This document shows positions 1 to 17,029 of a stretch of DNA of 64,000 nt, in pieces (positions within the stretch are counted from its first letter, which is position 1; the number at the start of each line of letters is the position of its first letter). The position numbers were made by a program, and so were the translations under genes. This DNA is from Peribolospora baueri. Taxonomy: Eukaryota. Where the stretch lies: assembly GCA_029717555.1 (NCBI GenBank), contig JAMDHS010000026.1:62001-126000 (forward strand). The letters run 5' to 3'. A model generated the notes under the pieces. That model had not been told where the DNA came from. It made no database searches and saw nothing but the letters and a program-made list of their open reading frames with translations.

Positions 1-2645
1 TGGAGGCAAGACAAGCCAGCGTGAAGGTCGGCAATGAGGCTATGGCGGAAAAGGAGAGGACGGACGAAAAGCTTGCCCAGCAAACCGGTGACCTCGTGGA
101 GTTGAGACAGGAGAGGGACGAGCTGAAAGCAGAGGTAGAGCGGCTAGAAACGAGCGCGGCGCAGCTGGCGAAAGAGCATGTCGAAAGGATCACGCAGCTA
201 GAGACAGAACTGGTCGAAGGGAGGCAGAAAGTGAGGAAGGCTTTTGAAGAGAGGGACCGAGCTGTGCTGGAGCAAAAGGATATGGAGAGGGCATTACAGG
301 AAGCGCGAGAAAAGCTCGAACTGCTGGAGAAGGAGAAAGGTGAGTCTTGTCCGTATTGCAGTCTCCCGCATCACTGACCTTGCAACGTGCTCTTGAAATC
401 ACACAGAAGAGGCAGATGCCTCAAAACTCAATGAATTGCAGTCTCTGCGCGAACAAGCCGTTCACACCTCTGCCCGGCTCGAAGGGCTCGAAAAACGGGC
501 AGCGTCTACTGCAGCAGAGAAGGTCGCTTTCGAGGTGCAGCTTGAGGAGGCAAGGATCAAGCTGTTGGCAGCACAGGAAGCAGAGCGCAATGCCACAGAT
601 GAACTAGCATCAGCAAAGGAGGAGGCCGCTCGTGCTGTACACAAGCTGAAGGAAGAGGTGGAAGACGCTCGTCGAGAAGCAAGAGATGCTGAAGCAGCCC
701 GAGTCAAGATGGCGCAAGAGATCGAAGCGGCAGACAAGCTGAGGAAAGAGGTGGAGGATGCCCACGAAAAAGCGAGAAACTCTGAAGCGGCACGAGCCAA
801 GGCGGTCCAAGAGCTTGAAAAACTGCAAGAAATGCACCAAGCGACGGTGGAGACCGTCTCTCAACTCGAAGGTGAGCTGCCAGGGCTCAAGGTGGACCTT
901 GCACTGGCGCTTGAGCAGAGAGATTTGGCAGTGTTTGCGCTGAAAGAGAAGGAGGAGGACATGACCCAGAAGGTTGAGGAAGCGGAGATTGTAAAGCGGA
1001 AGGAGCTAAATGAGCTCAAGGAGAGATTTGAGGAGGAGAGGGCCAGCTTGAAGGCCGAAGTTGCCGAGAAGGAAACACAATGTGAGCTCTCAGGACATCA
1101 GGGATTGATTCATAATTGACTTATCCCTATGTCGCATCTGTTTTGCTCCTTCAGTGAAATCCGTCCAAGAAAAGCTTGCAATGCATGAAGAGCGCCTTGT
1201 AAAGGCAGAGGAAGAGCTCAAGGAGAGGAGCACGCTGGTGGCAGAGCTGGAGGTAGAACTGGCCGGTACATCTGCATTGCGCAGGTCCCGAGAGATCGAC
1301 TTCAAGATGGCCCTAGAGGCCAAGGACTCCATGAGTGAGCTGCGTTCACTATGAAATGTGAAGTCGCTTACAGCTGACACCCGTGATGGCTGTAACAATT
1401 CAAAATCTGTGCCCTCAAGTTGAGTGCTGGGAAGAAGAGGCGAAACGTCTTCAAACGCAGGCGGCGACGCACCGGGAGGAGCTTGGAAGGATGCAGTCGG
1501 AGCTCGTGGAGGTGAAGGCGAGGTCAGAGGCTCTGCAAGAGAAGGTTTATGAGAAGGAGAAAGAAGCGGTCAAGGCAAAAGAGGACTTGAGGCTGACGGA
1601 TGGGAGGCTAGCAGAAATCATGTTGAGATTCGGAGAGGTGTGAGTGAATGACCGCTTCTTTACGCTCTTTGCCCCGCCGCCGCTCTTCTTGACATTATTG
1701 ACTTGGGATGCTTGCCTAAACTACAGAGAGGCTGATCATGCCAAGGTGGTCGAGTCCAACAATGTGCTCACTACCGAGCTCGAGTCCATTCGGCTTGCGC
1801 ATGCCACATCCCTCACGGAGATGCAGGAGCTGCATGCTGAGGCGGTGCAGATCCTCCGAGCAGAAATAAAGGCGCTGAAGGGAAGCTTGGAGGTAGCACA
1901 GAGAGAATTGGAGGAGGAGAGGCAGGGGTGGGGGCAGGAGAGAGAGCGACGAAAGGAAGCAGAAGAAGGCAGGCAGAAAGCTAGAGATGAGGTGGAAAGG
2001 CTGTCTAGGTGAGCAAATTTCCGAATGCTTCTCGCGGCCATCTGATCCGATTCCTCTGAGCCCGAAGTGCTTTACCATCTGTGGGCCACCTACAGACGGG
2101 CACAGGACTTGTATGTGGAGAACAAGGGTCTCCACCTTGTTCTTGAGTCACTCAACGAGACAGTGGCTGAGCTCGGAGAGGTCAATCGCAAACAGAAGGC
2201 TGCGCTCGAGGCGAGGTTGGAGAAAGCGAAGATGTGCGTGTCGTGCAGGCTTTGCGTTTGCTGCCCCTCCAAGTGATCTTCTCTGATGCCTATCGGTGGA
2301 TGGCTTTTTCTTGGCCATCGCAGTCACATCTCACATCTCCGGCGTTCCAAGTCAGCCATGGAGGGCATAATCATGGCGCTGCAAGGCGACATGAACAACG
2401 CCATCGGCATGCTCAACGGCGCCAAGGACAAAACCGTCACGGCTCTGGAAACGGTGGCCGCCCTGGATGTGGAGGAGCGGGATTTGGTCGCTGGGGATGA
2501 ACCGATGAGCGTGGAAGGGGAGGAGACAACGGAGGATTCTGGAGGTGAAGAAGCGGAGGAGGACAGGAGAGATGCAGCGACCATGGCGGCCAGGTTGAGC
2601 GAAGAGGAAACGACGGAGGGCTTGGCGGACGGCGCGGGTGCGTGA
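1..2645 (+). CDS. Long multi-exon coiled-coil protein, 5' end upstream of the window, function unknown
   Basis: Successive E/K/A/L-rich heptad ORFs (21-377, 436-1119, 1154-1354, 1383-1643, 1644-2012, 2067-2276, 2286-2645) are linked by GT..AG introns, e.g. donor gtgagt at 340 and acceptor cag ending at 406. Acidic tail ends at TGA 2643-2645. No diagnostic domain recognised. Confidence 0.75.
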
Positions 2646-2865
2646 AGACGTGTGGACGAGACCTTGCCTCGAAAACCGTTCGTTGCCACCGTTTCCTCGC
2701 CAAGGCTGTTTGTTGTTCTAGTGTACAATGTTACAACTGTTCGATCGCGCCGCAAAACACCGTTCCGTAGTCCACCCAGATAAGACTGTCCGCCGCTCAT
2801 AGACCTCGCGACGTGCTGCCTCGAGGGGCGAGTTAGCCCCTCGGATGCGACAGCCCGACGCCACG

Positions 2866-3405
2866 TCACCAATTTGGTCGCTCGACGACGTACTCGATGG
2901 GCACGTTCTTGACGTCGTCATTGTCGTCCTCGAACGTAAGCTTGTAGTGGTACCTGCCTCCGAACATCGACGCTTCTCGTTTCGCGCCCTGGAGCGGAGA
3001 ATAATGCGAAGGGTCGAGGGCGGAGAAGGGAAGGGCGGCGAGCAACATGGACGTCAGTCAAGCAAAGAGATTGCACGGAACGGAACTGCAGACGGGGGAC
3101 GTAGATGCGAAACTAATCGCAGACCGAGAAGAAGTATCACCGAACCGAACGCACCTTCGTTCCGCCGCCCACGACGACAGCGCGATAGAAGCAACTCGTG
3201 TCTGGGTAAAGGCCCATGACCTCCTTTCCAGGGGGATAATCCTTGTCCGGCAGAGTAGACACGGCGTCAGGGAGGGGAACGATGGCTTTCAAAGTAGTAT
3301 TGTAAGTGCTGCTCAAGAGGATAGACGAATGGGGGAGATGGAGGGCCGGAAGGCCGATACGGATGAATCAGCGTGACATGAAAAAGCTTGCGGGAAGCAG
3401 AAATG

Positions 3406-3439
<34 letters not shown>

Positions 3440-4879
3440 GACGGCAGCGATGCTCACAGTGCAGGAGCGTTTGGCTCGGGGTCGAGGTCCTTGACTTCGT
3501 ATCTATCATGCGAATCCGCGCATGCGAGGAATCAAAGGACGGCAAGTGTGCAAATTCGGGGACAAAGCGTTAGCAACGGCACCGGCACCAACAGGCCCCG
3601 GCCCCGCTGACAAGTTGGATGGGAACGCACCGATTCCGATCGTTATTGATGCACTTGACGACCTCAGCCAAGATCCACGTCTCACCCTCCTCCTCCACAG
3701 GCGCGGAAGGTTGTGGTGCACTTACGCCAGCGGCGGCGGCGGCAGCAGCAGCAGCAGCCGCTGCTCTCTGCTCGGCAGCCTTTCTAGGCGGCTGTCGGAA
3801 CGCCACCTTGCGACCGGGCAAGAGAGGCAATTGGGGCGCCAGAGCGTCGCGGCGCGCTTTGGCAGCGTCGCCATGCGAGGCGACAGAGGTCGCAGAGCGG
3901 CGTGGGGCAAGCGGTTGGGACGAGGATTTGGGCAACCCAGTCGCTGTTCCGCCACCGGCAGCAGCTGTGGATTTGGCAGCTGGGGCGGAGGAAGAGGGGC
4001 CTCCGTCTCCGCTGGAGGCAGAGCCTGAAACCCCGTTCGCGTAGGCGGAAGATGACTTGCCGGGCAGGCTGCCGCTGCTAGAGGCGGCGAGTAACGGTGT
4101 GGAGGGAGAGGTGGGACGAGTACCGCTGGGGAGGGGGGCGGGGGTGAGAGAAGGGGAGGCAGAGGTGGCAGATGCAGCTTGGCCGTTCGCACCGGACGGA
4201 GCGGGCGAATTGTCCAACCGGCGTTTCTTGCGTTTCGTTTCTGGATTGGATTAGGTCAAGGGATCAGGGACATTGCAGCCCTAGGTTTTCCAAAGAGAAA
4301 GTACAAACAGAAGACACAACTGACCTGGAAGGGAATCGGGAGACTCTCGCAAGGCCAGGAGGATATTGAGGTTTTCATATGCGTGGTCGATCGCACTGAT
4401 CAGGGCGAAAACAAGCCAGACGCCAGAGAAGAAAGTGAGACAAACGTGCTGGAGCGACGGCGGAGGCTCAAGAGAGGGAGGACTCACACTACCTCCTCTT
4501 CCGTCTTCGCCCTCGCCTCCTCCTCCAAACTTTCCAACTCGGCCTTGGCCTCGACCATCTTTGCATCCGCCGCGCCGTCCGTGGCCGTGTCGAGAAGAGA
4601 GTTATACGTGGCGCGAGCCTTGTCAAGCTTCGCACAGACATCGTTAGATGAAGAGCGGACACGATCCAGCGTCCTGAGGGCAGAGCGGATCATCTGCCAA
4701 ATGTTGAGCTCTGATGGGAAAGAGGCGGTAGCGTGGCACGGAGAGGAACGATTGGTCTGGTCGTAAGCATCCCATCGTACAGCCAGCCGCTCGGGCGTGC
4801 GGAGATGGAAAGAAGGACGTAGCTGACCCTGGGAGTTGTCCACCAACTGTCTGTCTCTACCTCTCCTTCGGTCGGCCAT
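2866..4879 (-). CDS. SGF29: SAGA complex subunit Sgf29 (C-terminal double Tudor domain), multi-exon
   Basis: ATG at 4879 (MADRRRGRDR). Tudor-region motifs LPLLPGRKVAFRQP, WILAEVVKCINNDRNRY, YEVKDLDPE and C-terminal YKLTFEDDNDDVKNVPIEYVVERPNW. Stop at 2866-2868. Confidence 0.85.
3406..3436. repeat. Poly(A) run of about 31 nt, read as a poly(U) tract in an SGF29 intron
   Basis: Homopolymer lies just upstream of a minus-strand 3' splice site. Confidence 0.85.
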
Positions 4880-4978
4880 CTTGACTGTTCTGTCCGTTTC
4901 CCGCTGCCGGGCCTATGACGCGTGTTTGATGAAAGGAATGGCGGTGGCGGACCCGAGTTGGATAGCGGCGAACCGCGC

Positions 4979-5244
4979 GCACGTGACGGAGGAGCACGGA
5001 CCGGCCGCGGGGCGTCCGCCAGTTCGGCGTAGCTGTGTGTGCGTTCGAGTGCAAAGCTATATCGTGTCTGAAAAAAGTGGAAACGTCACACCATGGACAG
5101 CAGGAGCGCCTTGATGATAAAGACATGGAGATTCGAAGGGGCGACTGGACGGAGGGCTACCGAAACGATTTCCATGTATCCGTGAACCTGGCGATCCCCT
5201 GTCCGCCGGGACGGCGTTCGAGAGCGTGATCGAGCACGTGACGG
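4979..5244. promoter_or_regulatory. Two GCACGTGACGG E-box motifs in the SGF29/UBX divergent promoter
   Basis: Identical 11-mers at 4979-4989 and 5234-5244, each about 85-100 nt from one of the two divergent ATGs (4879 and 5329). Confidence 0.5.
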
Positions 5245-5328
5245 TCGGAACGAACGACCAGCGAGCACGCCGGTGTTCTGAGACGCGCCCGCCTCTCACC
5301 ACCATCCTCTTCACGGTCCTTGTGCAAG

Positions 5329-7142
5329 ATGTCAGACAGAGAGACTCTGTTGTCCATGGTGCGCGGATTTGGAACAGAATGTGCTGTGCTGGATCCGATG
5401 CGGGGTCCAGGTAACGCTGACTGTCTCTTCGTCTGCCGCTGCTTGCGCTCCGTCGTCTTCATGCATCGCATGCCAGGGCTTTGAACCGGCCCGAGTGGAC
5501 TGGGCGCTGAGGGCGACGGCGGGAAAGGGTCTCCAGCCAGGTGGGTGTTTGAATTTGGAGGGATCTATTCTCGGACGGCTTGTCGCTTTCGAGGAAACCT
5601 ACCTGACCTCGCCATCCGCCCCGACGTCATACAGCGATGGACCACATCCTGGCGAACAACGACAATCCGGTACCCGCCGACGGAGGTGCCAACGCGAGCG
5701 CTTCGAAGCCAGTGGCCTCGGGAGGGGATGACGAGTACGACGAGGAGGACCAGGCGGCGATCATGGCGACGATCGCCAAGAGCGGCCAGGCGGCTGGAGA
5801 GGCCATGGCGCAGCAGGCGGGAGAAGCCAAGGTGAGACGGCGCACATTTAGACGATTTGTTTTTCTGCGTTGATCTTTCGGATCGTGTGCGAGAGCGACG
5901 GTTCTGTGCGCTCGACGTAGAGAAGTGCCTTTCAAGCGACCCGCGAGGCCATGCGCTGACTCGCGTCTTTTTTCCCCTTATTTCTGGCACACCCGACCTC
6001 TCGCCCAACTCTAGTCGATCAAATGTCTGCAGTGCGGAAAGGTACTCAAGTCGACCGCGTTCGCGTCCTTCCATGCGGAAAAGAGCGGGCACGACCAGTT
6101 TGAGGAGTCGACGGAGGAGGTGAAACCGCTGACGGAGGAGGAGAAGAAGGAGAAGCTGGAAGAGTGCGTCCTCGTCGGTTTGAGTTTGTTCCGTTGGTTC
6201 GCGTCGCTTACCTGTGTCGTCTCGGTGCATACGTGGTGGACAGGCTGCGGAAGAGGCTGGCGGAGAAGCGGGCAGCGCAGGCAAAGGAGGACGCGGAGGC
6301 TGCGAAAGCGAACGAGGTGATCCGACGCAAGGGCGGCAAGGACCTTACGCAGATCAAAGAGGATTTGAAAAAGAAGGAGGCGGCGAAGGAGGCGGAGAAG
6401 AAGAGACAAGGTGAGCAACGCGGAGGAGGAGGAGGAGGAGCATTTCGATGGGCGATGGAGATGGAACGCCAAGCTAAGCTGACGATGCGAGTTTGGCGTC
6501 TTGTCGTCGCGTGTGGGATCACAGAGAAGATCGAAGACGCAAAGGCCAAGGCTCGGGTGAAAGCGGAGATCGAAGCAGGTGAGTGGGGTACGAGACAGGA
6601 GACGGGCTCGCGTCGCTGTCGTGACGCAAGTTGACCCCGTCTTCGCTCCTGGACGGGCGCGACAGACAAACGGGAGCGTGCGCGCAAAGCAGCCGAAGAG
6701 AAAGCGGTGCGAGCTGGCGTGCCGGCGCCGTCTGCCGGGTCGCCATCGCCATCGCCATCGCCGTTGGCCGCCCTACGAGGTGCGGCTGGGAGTTCTCAGG
6801 CGAGCACGGCGCGGTTGCAGATCCGGACTGGATCTGGAAACCTGACGACGCAGTTCCCGGCGGAGAGTAGGTTGAGCGAGGTGGAGGCGTGGGTGAAGGG
6901 CGAGACGGGGGCTGTGGGGGAGATCAAGGTGAGTGAAAGTGGGGGATAAGGATAGGGATATCTATGGCCGGCTGACTTGTTATTGTTTTCCTTATTTATT
7001 TATTTGGCACACGCACTCGACGACGACGACCCGTCAGTTCTCCATGACGTTCCCACGCAAGACGTTCACCGCCGAGGAGATGTCGAAGACGCTCAGAGAG
7101 CTTGGCTTGGTGCCCAGCAGCGTGCTGGTGGTGTCGCAGTGA
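5329..7142 (+). CDS. UBA + C2H2 zinc finger + coiled-coil + UBX domain protein (UBXN1/SAKS1-like Cdc48 cofactor)
   Basis: Spliced N-terminus MSDRETLLSMGFEPARVDWALRAT..AMDHIL (UBA). SIKCLQCGKVLKSTAFASFHAEKSGH (C2H2). ARLQIRT..F..ESRLSEV and FPRKTF..TLRELGLVPSSVLVV (UBX). Stop TGA 7140-7142. Confidence 0.85.
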
Positions 7143-8555
7143 GGAGAAGCGAAGAGAAGAAGTAGAAGGGGAAGGGAAAGCGGATGGGAAAGCGGATGCG
7201 GATTTGGCGGTGAGGTGGTCGTGGGTGGTGGGATGGGTGCGTACCGCCGGCGCGACGTGGCGTGTTTGGCGTCAGCGGGCGATGCGGGCGATGCAGGCGA
7301 GGTAGAGGAGGAAAGGGAAGCATGGCGCGTTCATGTGCCTGTATCGGTACGGGCAGGAGAGTGTCGAGGCGAGGGTGTCGAGTATGTCGAGTATGTCGAG
7401 TATGTCCCGCATGAACAGCACAGCACATACAGCATGTCGAGCACGTTTATTAGACTGACTGACTGACTGCACGCGGGTCCGCTTGGGTGATCTTGATCTA
7501 CTGCTGCCAGCGAGGGAGGCGTGATCCGTCTGTCCTGTTTGTCCTATTTTGTCCAGCCGTCTGTTCGGTGCCGCAGAAAGGAGAGGGAGTGCTACGGAAG
7601 ACCCGGCCGGACGGAGGCAAGGAAGTACGGGACATACAAAAGGAGACATCTCATCTCATATCGTCTCGCGTCTCATCTCAATCTCGCGTCTGCTTCACTT
7701 CGCTTGTCTCGCTGCAGTGCCGTCAACGTCTACCCTACCGCGCGCTTCCTTTTTTTCCTTTCCTTTCCTTTCCTTGCGCCCGTTCGTTCGTCGGGCGCGT
7801 CGATCGAGGGCTGTGCAGAGGTTCCAAGTTGGCTGTCGCGCGTCGGCGTCGGGGCGTGGATCGTCGCACAGCCATGCAGGCGACAGCGACAGCGGCGACA
7901 GAGACGGGCTTTGTTTGCGTGCCTAACTGTAACTGCGTGTCGACAGGCCAGGCGGCGATCCCGGACGAAATGAACGGACGGGCCGAGTTTTCTTTTTTTT
8001 TTTTTTTTTTATTTATTTTTTTATTATTTTTTTTGTTTCCGCCGGATCGAAGGCTCGCTGTGCGTGGTCGTTGCCAGCATTGCCGCAGTCGACATGTGGG
8101 ATGGATGGCTCGGCTGCGTGCTCGTGGCTCGTGGCTCGTGGGTCGCGGCTGGGCGGGCGGAGGGAGCACTGCCCTGCGCTGGCGCTTGCGCCCGTGAGCG
8201 AGGTCGAGCGACGCCGAGCCGAGCAGGACTGGATAGAACAGGACAGAATTGGGCAGGGCAGGGCAGACGAGGCCGAGTCCGAGGACAAGGCCAAGGCCAG
8301 GCCAAGAAACGAAAAAGCGTTTGCGTCAGTCGGCGGTCGGCGGTCGCCGCTGCGGTGCGGGCGGGCTTGGCTGGAACTGGAATGGGGCGACCCGCCAGCG
8401 ATCGTTCATAACAGTCGAGTCGGCGAGCGATCATCGGCCAGCACTCCTTCTTCTTCTTCTCGCCCCATTCCATCCATCTAACCTCCATCCCGTTCATCCC
8501 ATCCATCCATCCGACCTCCACTTCCCAGTCCCCCTTCCTCCTCTCTCCTCTCGCA

Positions 8556-11362
<2,807 letters not shown>

Positions 11363-11926
11363 TAGATTGAGACGACGACGTCGTGGTGGTCGCCCTCCCT
11401 CCTCATCGTATTGCCCTCGGTCCAAGCGTGCGATCTTTTGTATGTAATCGGCCGCCATTTATCCTTCTATTTGGCCTCTCCGGTTCCTCCTCGGTGCTCG
11501 GGCCCACGGATCTCCCTTACCCCGCTCTCCTCCCTTTCTTTTTTTTCCTTCTTTCCTTCGTTAGGTTTTGGCCCTCGCTTTCGTTTCCTCTTGATTATCG
11601 GTTCAGTTCGGTTGTTCGTCGGTTCGTTGGCTGATGGATGGAATGGACGTTGAATACGCACGTAGTAATACGCACGCAGTAGTTGAGTGAGATGGCCGCC
11701 GATCGACTGAGTTAGCCAGCCGGCTGGGCGAAGCGCAATGAACGGCGGGGCATGGCTTTCGCAGCGCGTCGCATTGCATTGCATCACATGACCTGCTCTG
11801 CTCCCACGGGCCGCAAGCTTTCGCGGCCCTTCTTGGGAAAGGAAGGTCGTTTCATCGTTCGCGCACGGCGGGCCTTGATTTCGTTCTCCTCCTACTCATC
11901 CTGAAGACAAGGCTCGTAGCTCGCTC

Positions 11927-14900
11927 ATGTCTGCAGTCGACCCGGCGCCCACGCCGCCCGAAGCGGCCGCCTCCACTTCGGCAGCGCTCCAAGAATCCTT
12001 CTCCAAGATCCGCGGACACGTAAACTCCAAGCTCGAGAACCAGAAGGCTCCGGCGGTGCTTCTTGCTGCTGTTGAAGAGAGTCTTTCGGAGCACCGTGCA
12101 GACGACGATGCGGGAGAGGATGTGGGTAGGGAGGGAAAGCAAAAAAAGGGCTCGGGCTTGGGCTTGGAGGCTAGTAGACACGCTGTAGAGGTGGCTTCTC
12201 CTACCGCTTACTTTGTGGCGCTGGATGGGTTGCTTGCGAAGGCTTGTGGATCGGAGGTAGGTTTTTTTTTTTTTTTTTTTTTTCGGTTTTTCGCCTTTCG
12301 CCGTTTGCCGTTGTGCTGGTTTGGGCTTGTTTGTCGTTTGAAGAAGTGGAGAGTCGCCCCTCGAGAGCAACCTTGGCTGACCGGCGCCGTATGTCGCACT
12401 CCGACAGGCGTCCAACCTGCTTCCCTCGACCCTTTACCTCTTCTCCTTGGTCGCCCCGCACACGCCCCCCACCGTCCTCCGCTCCCGCTTCTCCTCCCTC
12501 CTCTCCTCACTTTCGCCCCTCCTCTCTGCCGTGCCCCCCAGCGCCGCTCCGCCAGACGCCCCCATCCTCCGCTCCCTCCTCTCCATCTTCGCTGCCTTGT
12601 TTGCCTCTCTCCACCCTTCCCAGCTCGACGCCCCCGCCTCGAAGCAGACCTTTAACGCCATCCTCGCCTTTGTCGCCGATTCCCGTCCCAAGGTCAGGAG
12701 GAAGGCACAAGACGTCGTTCAGGCTCTCCTCGTCCGACCGCCGCCGCCTGCCCTCCAGCACCCCTATGCCGGTCGCGCGGCCGATGTGGTTGTGCGGCTC
12801 TTGGAAGGCGTCGCGGATGCGAGCAAGGCGAGGAAGGGCAAAGGCAAGAAGGGCGACGAAGATGGTGGTGGGGCCAGTCAGGGTATTGCTTTGTGCGGCT
12901 TCGTCAAGAGCATCGCCGGGCAGTGGCCTGCTTCGGTGAGTGAACGCGATCGTCCCCTTGCAAACTTTCGTTTTGTTTTCGATTGCCCCCCTACGTGTCC
13001 TTGCTCACCTCGCTCCCCCCTCTTCGCAGGCTCTCGACTCTCTCACCACCGCCCTCCTCCGAGTGCCGACTCTCCAAAATCCGTTCCTCACCATCTCCAC
13101 CAACGAGGTCTTCTCGCTCCTCTTCTCCCGCTCCTCCGATTCCTTCGAGTCCGGTCGCGTCTCCACCCTCTTCCACATCCTTCTCTCTCCCGCTCATCGC
13201 CCCAGTCCCAACGACCTACAGCTTCTCCCTTCTTGGCTCAAGGTAGTCGAAGACGGCTTCGTCGCCTACGCAAGGGAGCAGAAGCAGGACGCCGCCAAGG
13301 CGCTCCCCGGTCTGTGGCGCGATGTGCTGGACATGTTGGGCACCGGTGTGCCAGCCAGCCGGTCCAGCGAAGTGCGCAAAAACGCCGGCGAAGCGCTCGC
13401 CGCAATGGCTCGGTACGGGATCACCGATGCGATGATCGGCGAGACGCTCGACAGTTCGTCCAAGGCCAAAGCTGGCCTCGGTGGCTTGATGGAGTCCTTG
13501 GACGACGCCCTCGGCAATCTCAAGTACGCACATTCCCTCTCCCACGTCCTCCGCGCCTTCGAGGCACTCGTCTCCCGCCTTCGGTACCGCCGTGCCGGGC
13601 CCGCCAACAAGGCTCAGCGGGACGGCGACCCGCGCCCTCCGACGGCCGCAGAGCAGTTGCTCCTCCCGATCGTCGATCAGGTCGCGGCACTCAGGGCGCA
13701 GGACAAGTTTGAGCACAGGGAAGCGGCCGATGCAGCGTTGGGCATGGCCGTCGAAGTCATGGGTCCGCGCGTCTTTGTGGAACGCTTGCCGCTCAACTTG
13801 ATTCCAGACGGGTGCGTCTCAGCTTTCGTCCTTGGCTCTCTCCCTCTGCCGGATCATGAGCGCATCGTCTGACGCTCCTTTGACGTCCCCATCTTTCCTC
13901 TTTTCTTGTAGCTCTTCCGCCCAGCCGGGACGCGCTTGGCTGCTGCCCATCCTCCGATCGCGCATCACCAACACCTCCCTCGGCCACTTTGTGCGATTCT
14001 TCGTCCCCCTCTCCGAAAAACTCTTCGACCGTCGCATGACCGCTGAAGGCTCTTCGCGACCCGTGGAGGCCAAGGTCTACGAGGCTCTCACCGAGCAGAT
14101 TTGGGCCCTTCTGCCCGGCTACTGCGATCTGCCCGTCGACTTGGACGAGGTGAGCTTCCGGCTTCTCGACCTTTTTCGTCGCTTCGGTTCAACTTTGCCT
14201 CAGCTATTTTTTTTTCACCTCCTTCCTCTAGGCTTTCACAAAACAATTCGCCGAGCTCCTCGCCAACGTGATGTACTCTCAACCCACGTTGCGACCTTCC
14301 GTCTTCCGAGGCTTGCAGACGCTGGTGGAGAAGAACGAAGTGTTGCGCAGCTCGTCGGCACCACCGGAGGAAATGCGCAACTCGTTCGGCGTCACACAGG
14401 AGGACGGGAGGAAGAACGTCGAGCTCCTTCAGTCCATGGCGCCCAACTTGCTCTCCGTCTTCTTCAACGTTTTCAGTCAAGCCGGCAACGACGCCAGGGG
14501 TTATGTGGGCGACTGCATCAGCGCTTACTTGCGGATCATGTCTCCGCAGGTGCGTGAGCTCGTTATTATTCATGACGGCGATTCGGCTCGGAGAGCCCGG
14601 TTGAACTGACCGTCGGACCCTTCCATTCGCCTTGGCCGTTCACACGCACACCCTGCGCTCATAGGACATTGCGGCAACATACGAAAAGGTGTCGCAGCTT
14701 CTCGGCTCGTCCCTCGTCTCTGCTCCAAAAGCGCGCGACCCTTCGGTGCCGCCGGTGCCGCACACGATGCTCGACCTGCTCATCGCCCTCGTTCCCTTCC
14801 TCGATCCCGAGTCGACGGGTGTGCAGCTTTATACGCTCGCTTCATCCGAGCAGCTGCTCCGCAATACCGACGTGGGAGTCCAGAAGAAAACGTACAGGAT

Positions 14901-17029
14901 CCTCGCCAGGTTGAGCGAGGGCCAGCGGGGCAAGCGCGTCCTCGGCTTGACTCGGGGTGAAGGACGGGTCGGGGAGATTTTGAAGGTTCTCCAGGAGTCG
15001 CAGAACAGTGTTAGCTCCGGTGCCAAGAGGGTGCGTGTCCCGTCCCGTCCCGTCTTTCATCTCGCCAGTCCCTTTTTCAGCCACGCTGTGTGCGCCTCGC
15101 TGACGAATGGACTTCTTTGCTTGCATCCGCGACTTTGTCACCCGTCGTGTTCAGGACCGTATCGCCCTCCTCGCAAGCCTCGTGCCGCTGATTCCGTCCG
15201 ACCAGCTCCACTATCTGCCCTCCATCCTTCCCGAAGCCGTGTTGGGCACGAAAGAGGTTAACGAGAAGGCTAGGACGGCTAGCTTTGATTTGCTCGTTCT
15301 GATGGGTCGCAAGATGGGCGAGGGTGGCGTCGTCAAGCGTAGTCTGATGGACGGTATGAACGAAGAAGGCGAGGACGAGGACGAGGGTATGGGCGCTGCT
15401 GCTGAAGACGGTGCGTCCCTCCCCTGAGGCCTCTTCTCGTCATCATGGAGCGAAAGAAAAGAAAACCTGACTTGGTCGTTTTCCTTGGTCATCCACAGCT
15501 CCCGCCAGCGTGCAAGAGTTTATGACCATGGTTTCGGCCGGTCTGGCCGGCGCGTCTCCGCACATGATCAGTGCTTCCATCACATCTCTCTCTCGACTCG
15601 TCTTCGAGTTCAAGGACGAGTTGTCGCCGGACATACTCAACGACATGTTGTCCACGCTCGCCATCTTTATCAGCTCCAACAATCGCGAAATCGTCAAGTC
15701 GGCGCTCGGCTGGGTAAAGGTGGCGGTGGTCTGTCTCCCAGCTTCGACCGTCGAACCTCACTTGTCAGTGATGGTGCCCGGCCTGCTCAACTGGTCCAGC
15801 GACCACAAGAACCACTTCAAGGTCAAGGTCCGCCACATCTTCGAGCGCTTGATCAGGAAGTTTGGGTTTGACAAGATCGACGCGCTGGTCGAAGGCGAGG
15901 ACAAAAAGTTGGTCAACAACATCAGGAAGCGGAAGGAGCGTGCGAGGAGGAAGAAGGACGCCCGCGAGGAAGAGGGCGAAGAAGAGGAGGGCGAGCATGA
16001 AGATTATGAGCGCAGGGCGCTGCCCACGGGCGACGCCTTCGACGACGTCCTGTACGGAAGCGAAAGCGAGATCGATGGCGACGAGGATGACGACGCCGTC
16101 GCGGTCCGTATGGCGGCCAAGGGCAAGGGCCGAGGGAAAGACGTCCAAGGCAAAGGCCGAGACAGGGCACAGGAGCAGGCAGCGTACATCATGGAGGATG
16201 ACGACGAGCCGCTCGACCTTCTCGATCGTACTATGGCCGGTCGCATCGCTTGTGAGTGTTTTCGTCGCTCGAGCTGACGGAGCATGGCTGACCATGCCCA
16301 AATCGTTTAAATTTTCCTTTCTTCCTTCCTTCCTTCCTTCCTTTTTTTTTTTTCGCTCCGATCGAACACGTTCGTCTATTCCAGCCCGCGATCCGGCCTC
16401 CCTTAACAGACAGCGTAAGCCCGGACAGGAGGCGGCCAAGTTTAAGACGGACGACGACACGGGCAAGATGGTCATCGAGGACTCGGACGAGGACGGCGAA
16501 GGCGACCCGTCCGGCGGCGCCGACAAGGCCGCCCTCGCCGCCGAGGGGCGTGCTTACCTCGAAAAGTTGCGCGGCGCAGACGGCTTCACGCAGAACGAAC
16601 GCGGAGCGGTCAAGTTCAACAAGAACAACAAGCGCGCAAGGCAGGCGGAGGAGGAAGCGTTGATGGAGATGGACGTGGATGAGCTGACGACGACAGGTGC
16701 TCAGCCGGATATGAAGAAAAAGAAGAAGAAGCGCGAAGTGCAGCAGCTCGGCGCCGAGTTCAAGGCCAAGGTGGGTTGTCGGTCCGCGGGCCGTGTGATT
16801 GATTCATCCGTTTATCTTATCGCCCTTTCTTTCTTCCGCCGTCCTCACCCGTCACCCCTTCTTCTCCTTTCGTCGTCGACGACAGCACGCCAAGGGCGAC
16901 GTGCGCAAGAACGGCAGGGAGCCGTATGCGTACTTGCCGCTCTCCTCGCTGGGCAAGAAAAAGAAGGGCAAAGGCGAACAGGTCGAGTACGCGATCACCG
17001 GCAAGAAGCAAAGTCGCAGTCGTCGGTGA
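11927..17029 (+). CDS. RRP12: Ribosome biogenesis HEAT-repeat protein Rrp12 (NUC173 family), multi-exon
   Basis: FSKIRGHVNSKLENQK, DSRPKVRRKAQ, GRAWLLPILR, QIWALLPGYCDLPVD, VQKKTYRIL, EAVLGTKEVNEKAR, KVRHIFERLIRKFG, GAEFKAKHAKGDVRKNGREPYAYLPL. Stop TGA 17027-17029. Confidence 0.93.

Noticed and set aside
7376..7406. Short tandem repeats here (GTCGAGTAT x3) and many others such as (AGACG)n, (GACT)n, (GATTC)n
   Set aside because: Ordinary microsatellites with no spacers or cas genes; not CRISPR and not transposon ends.
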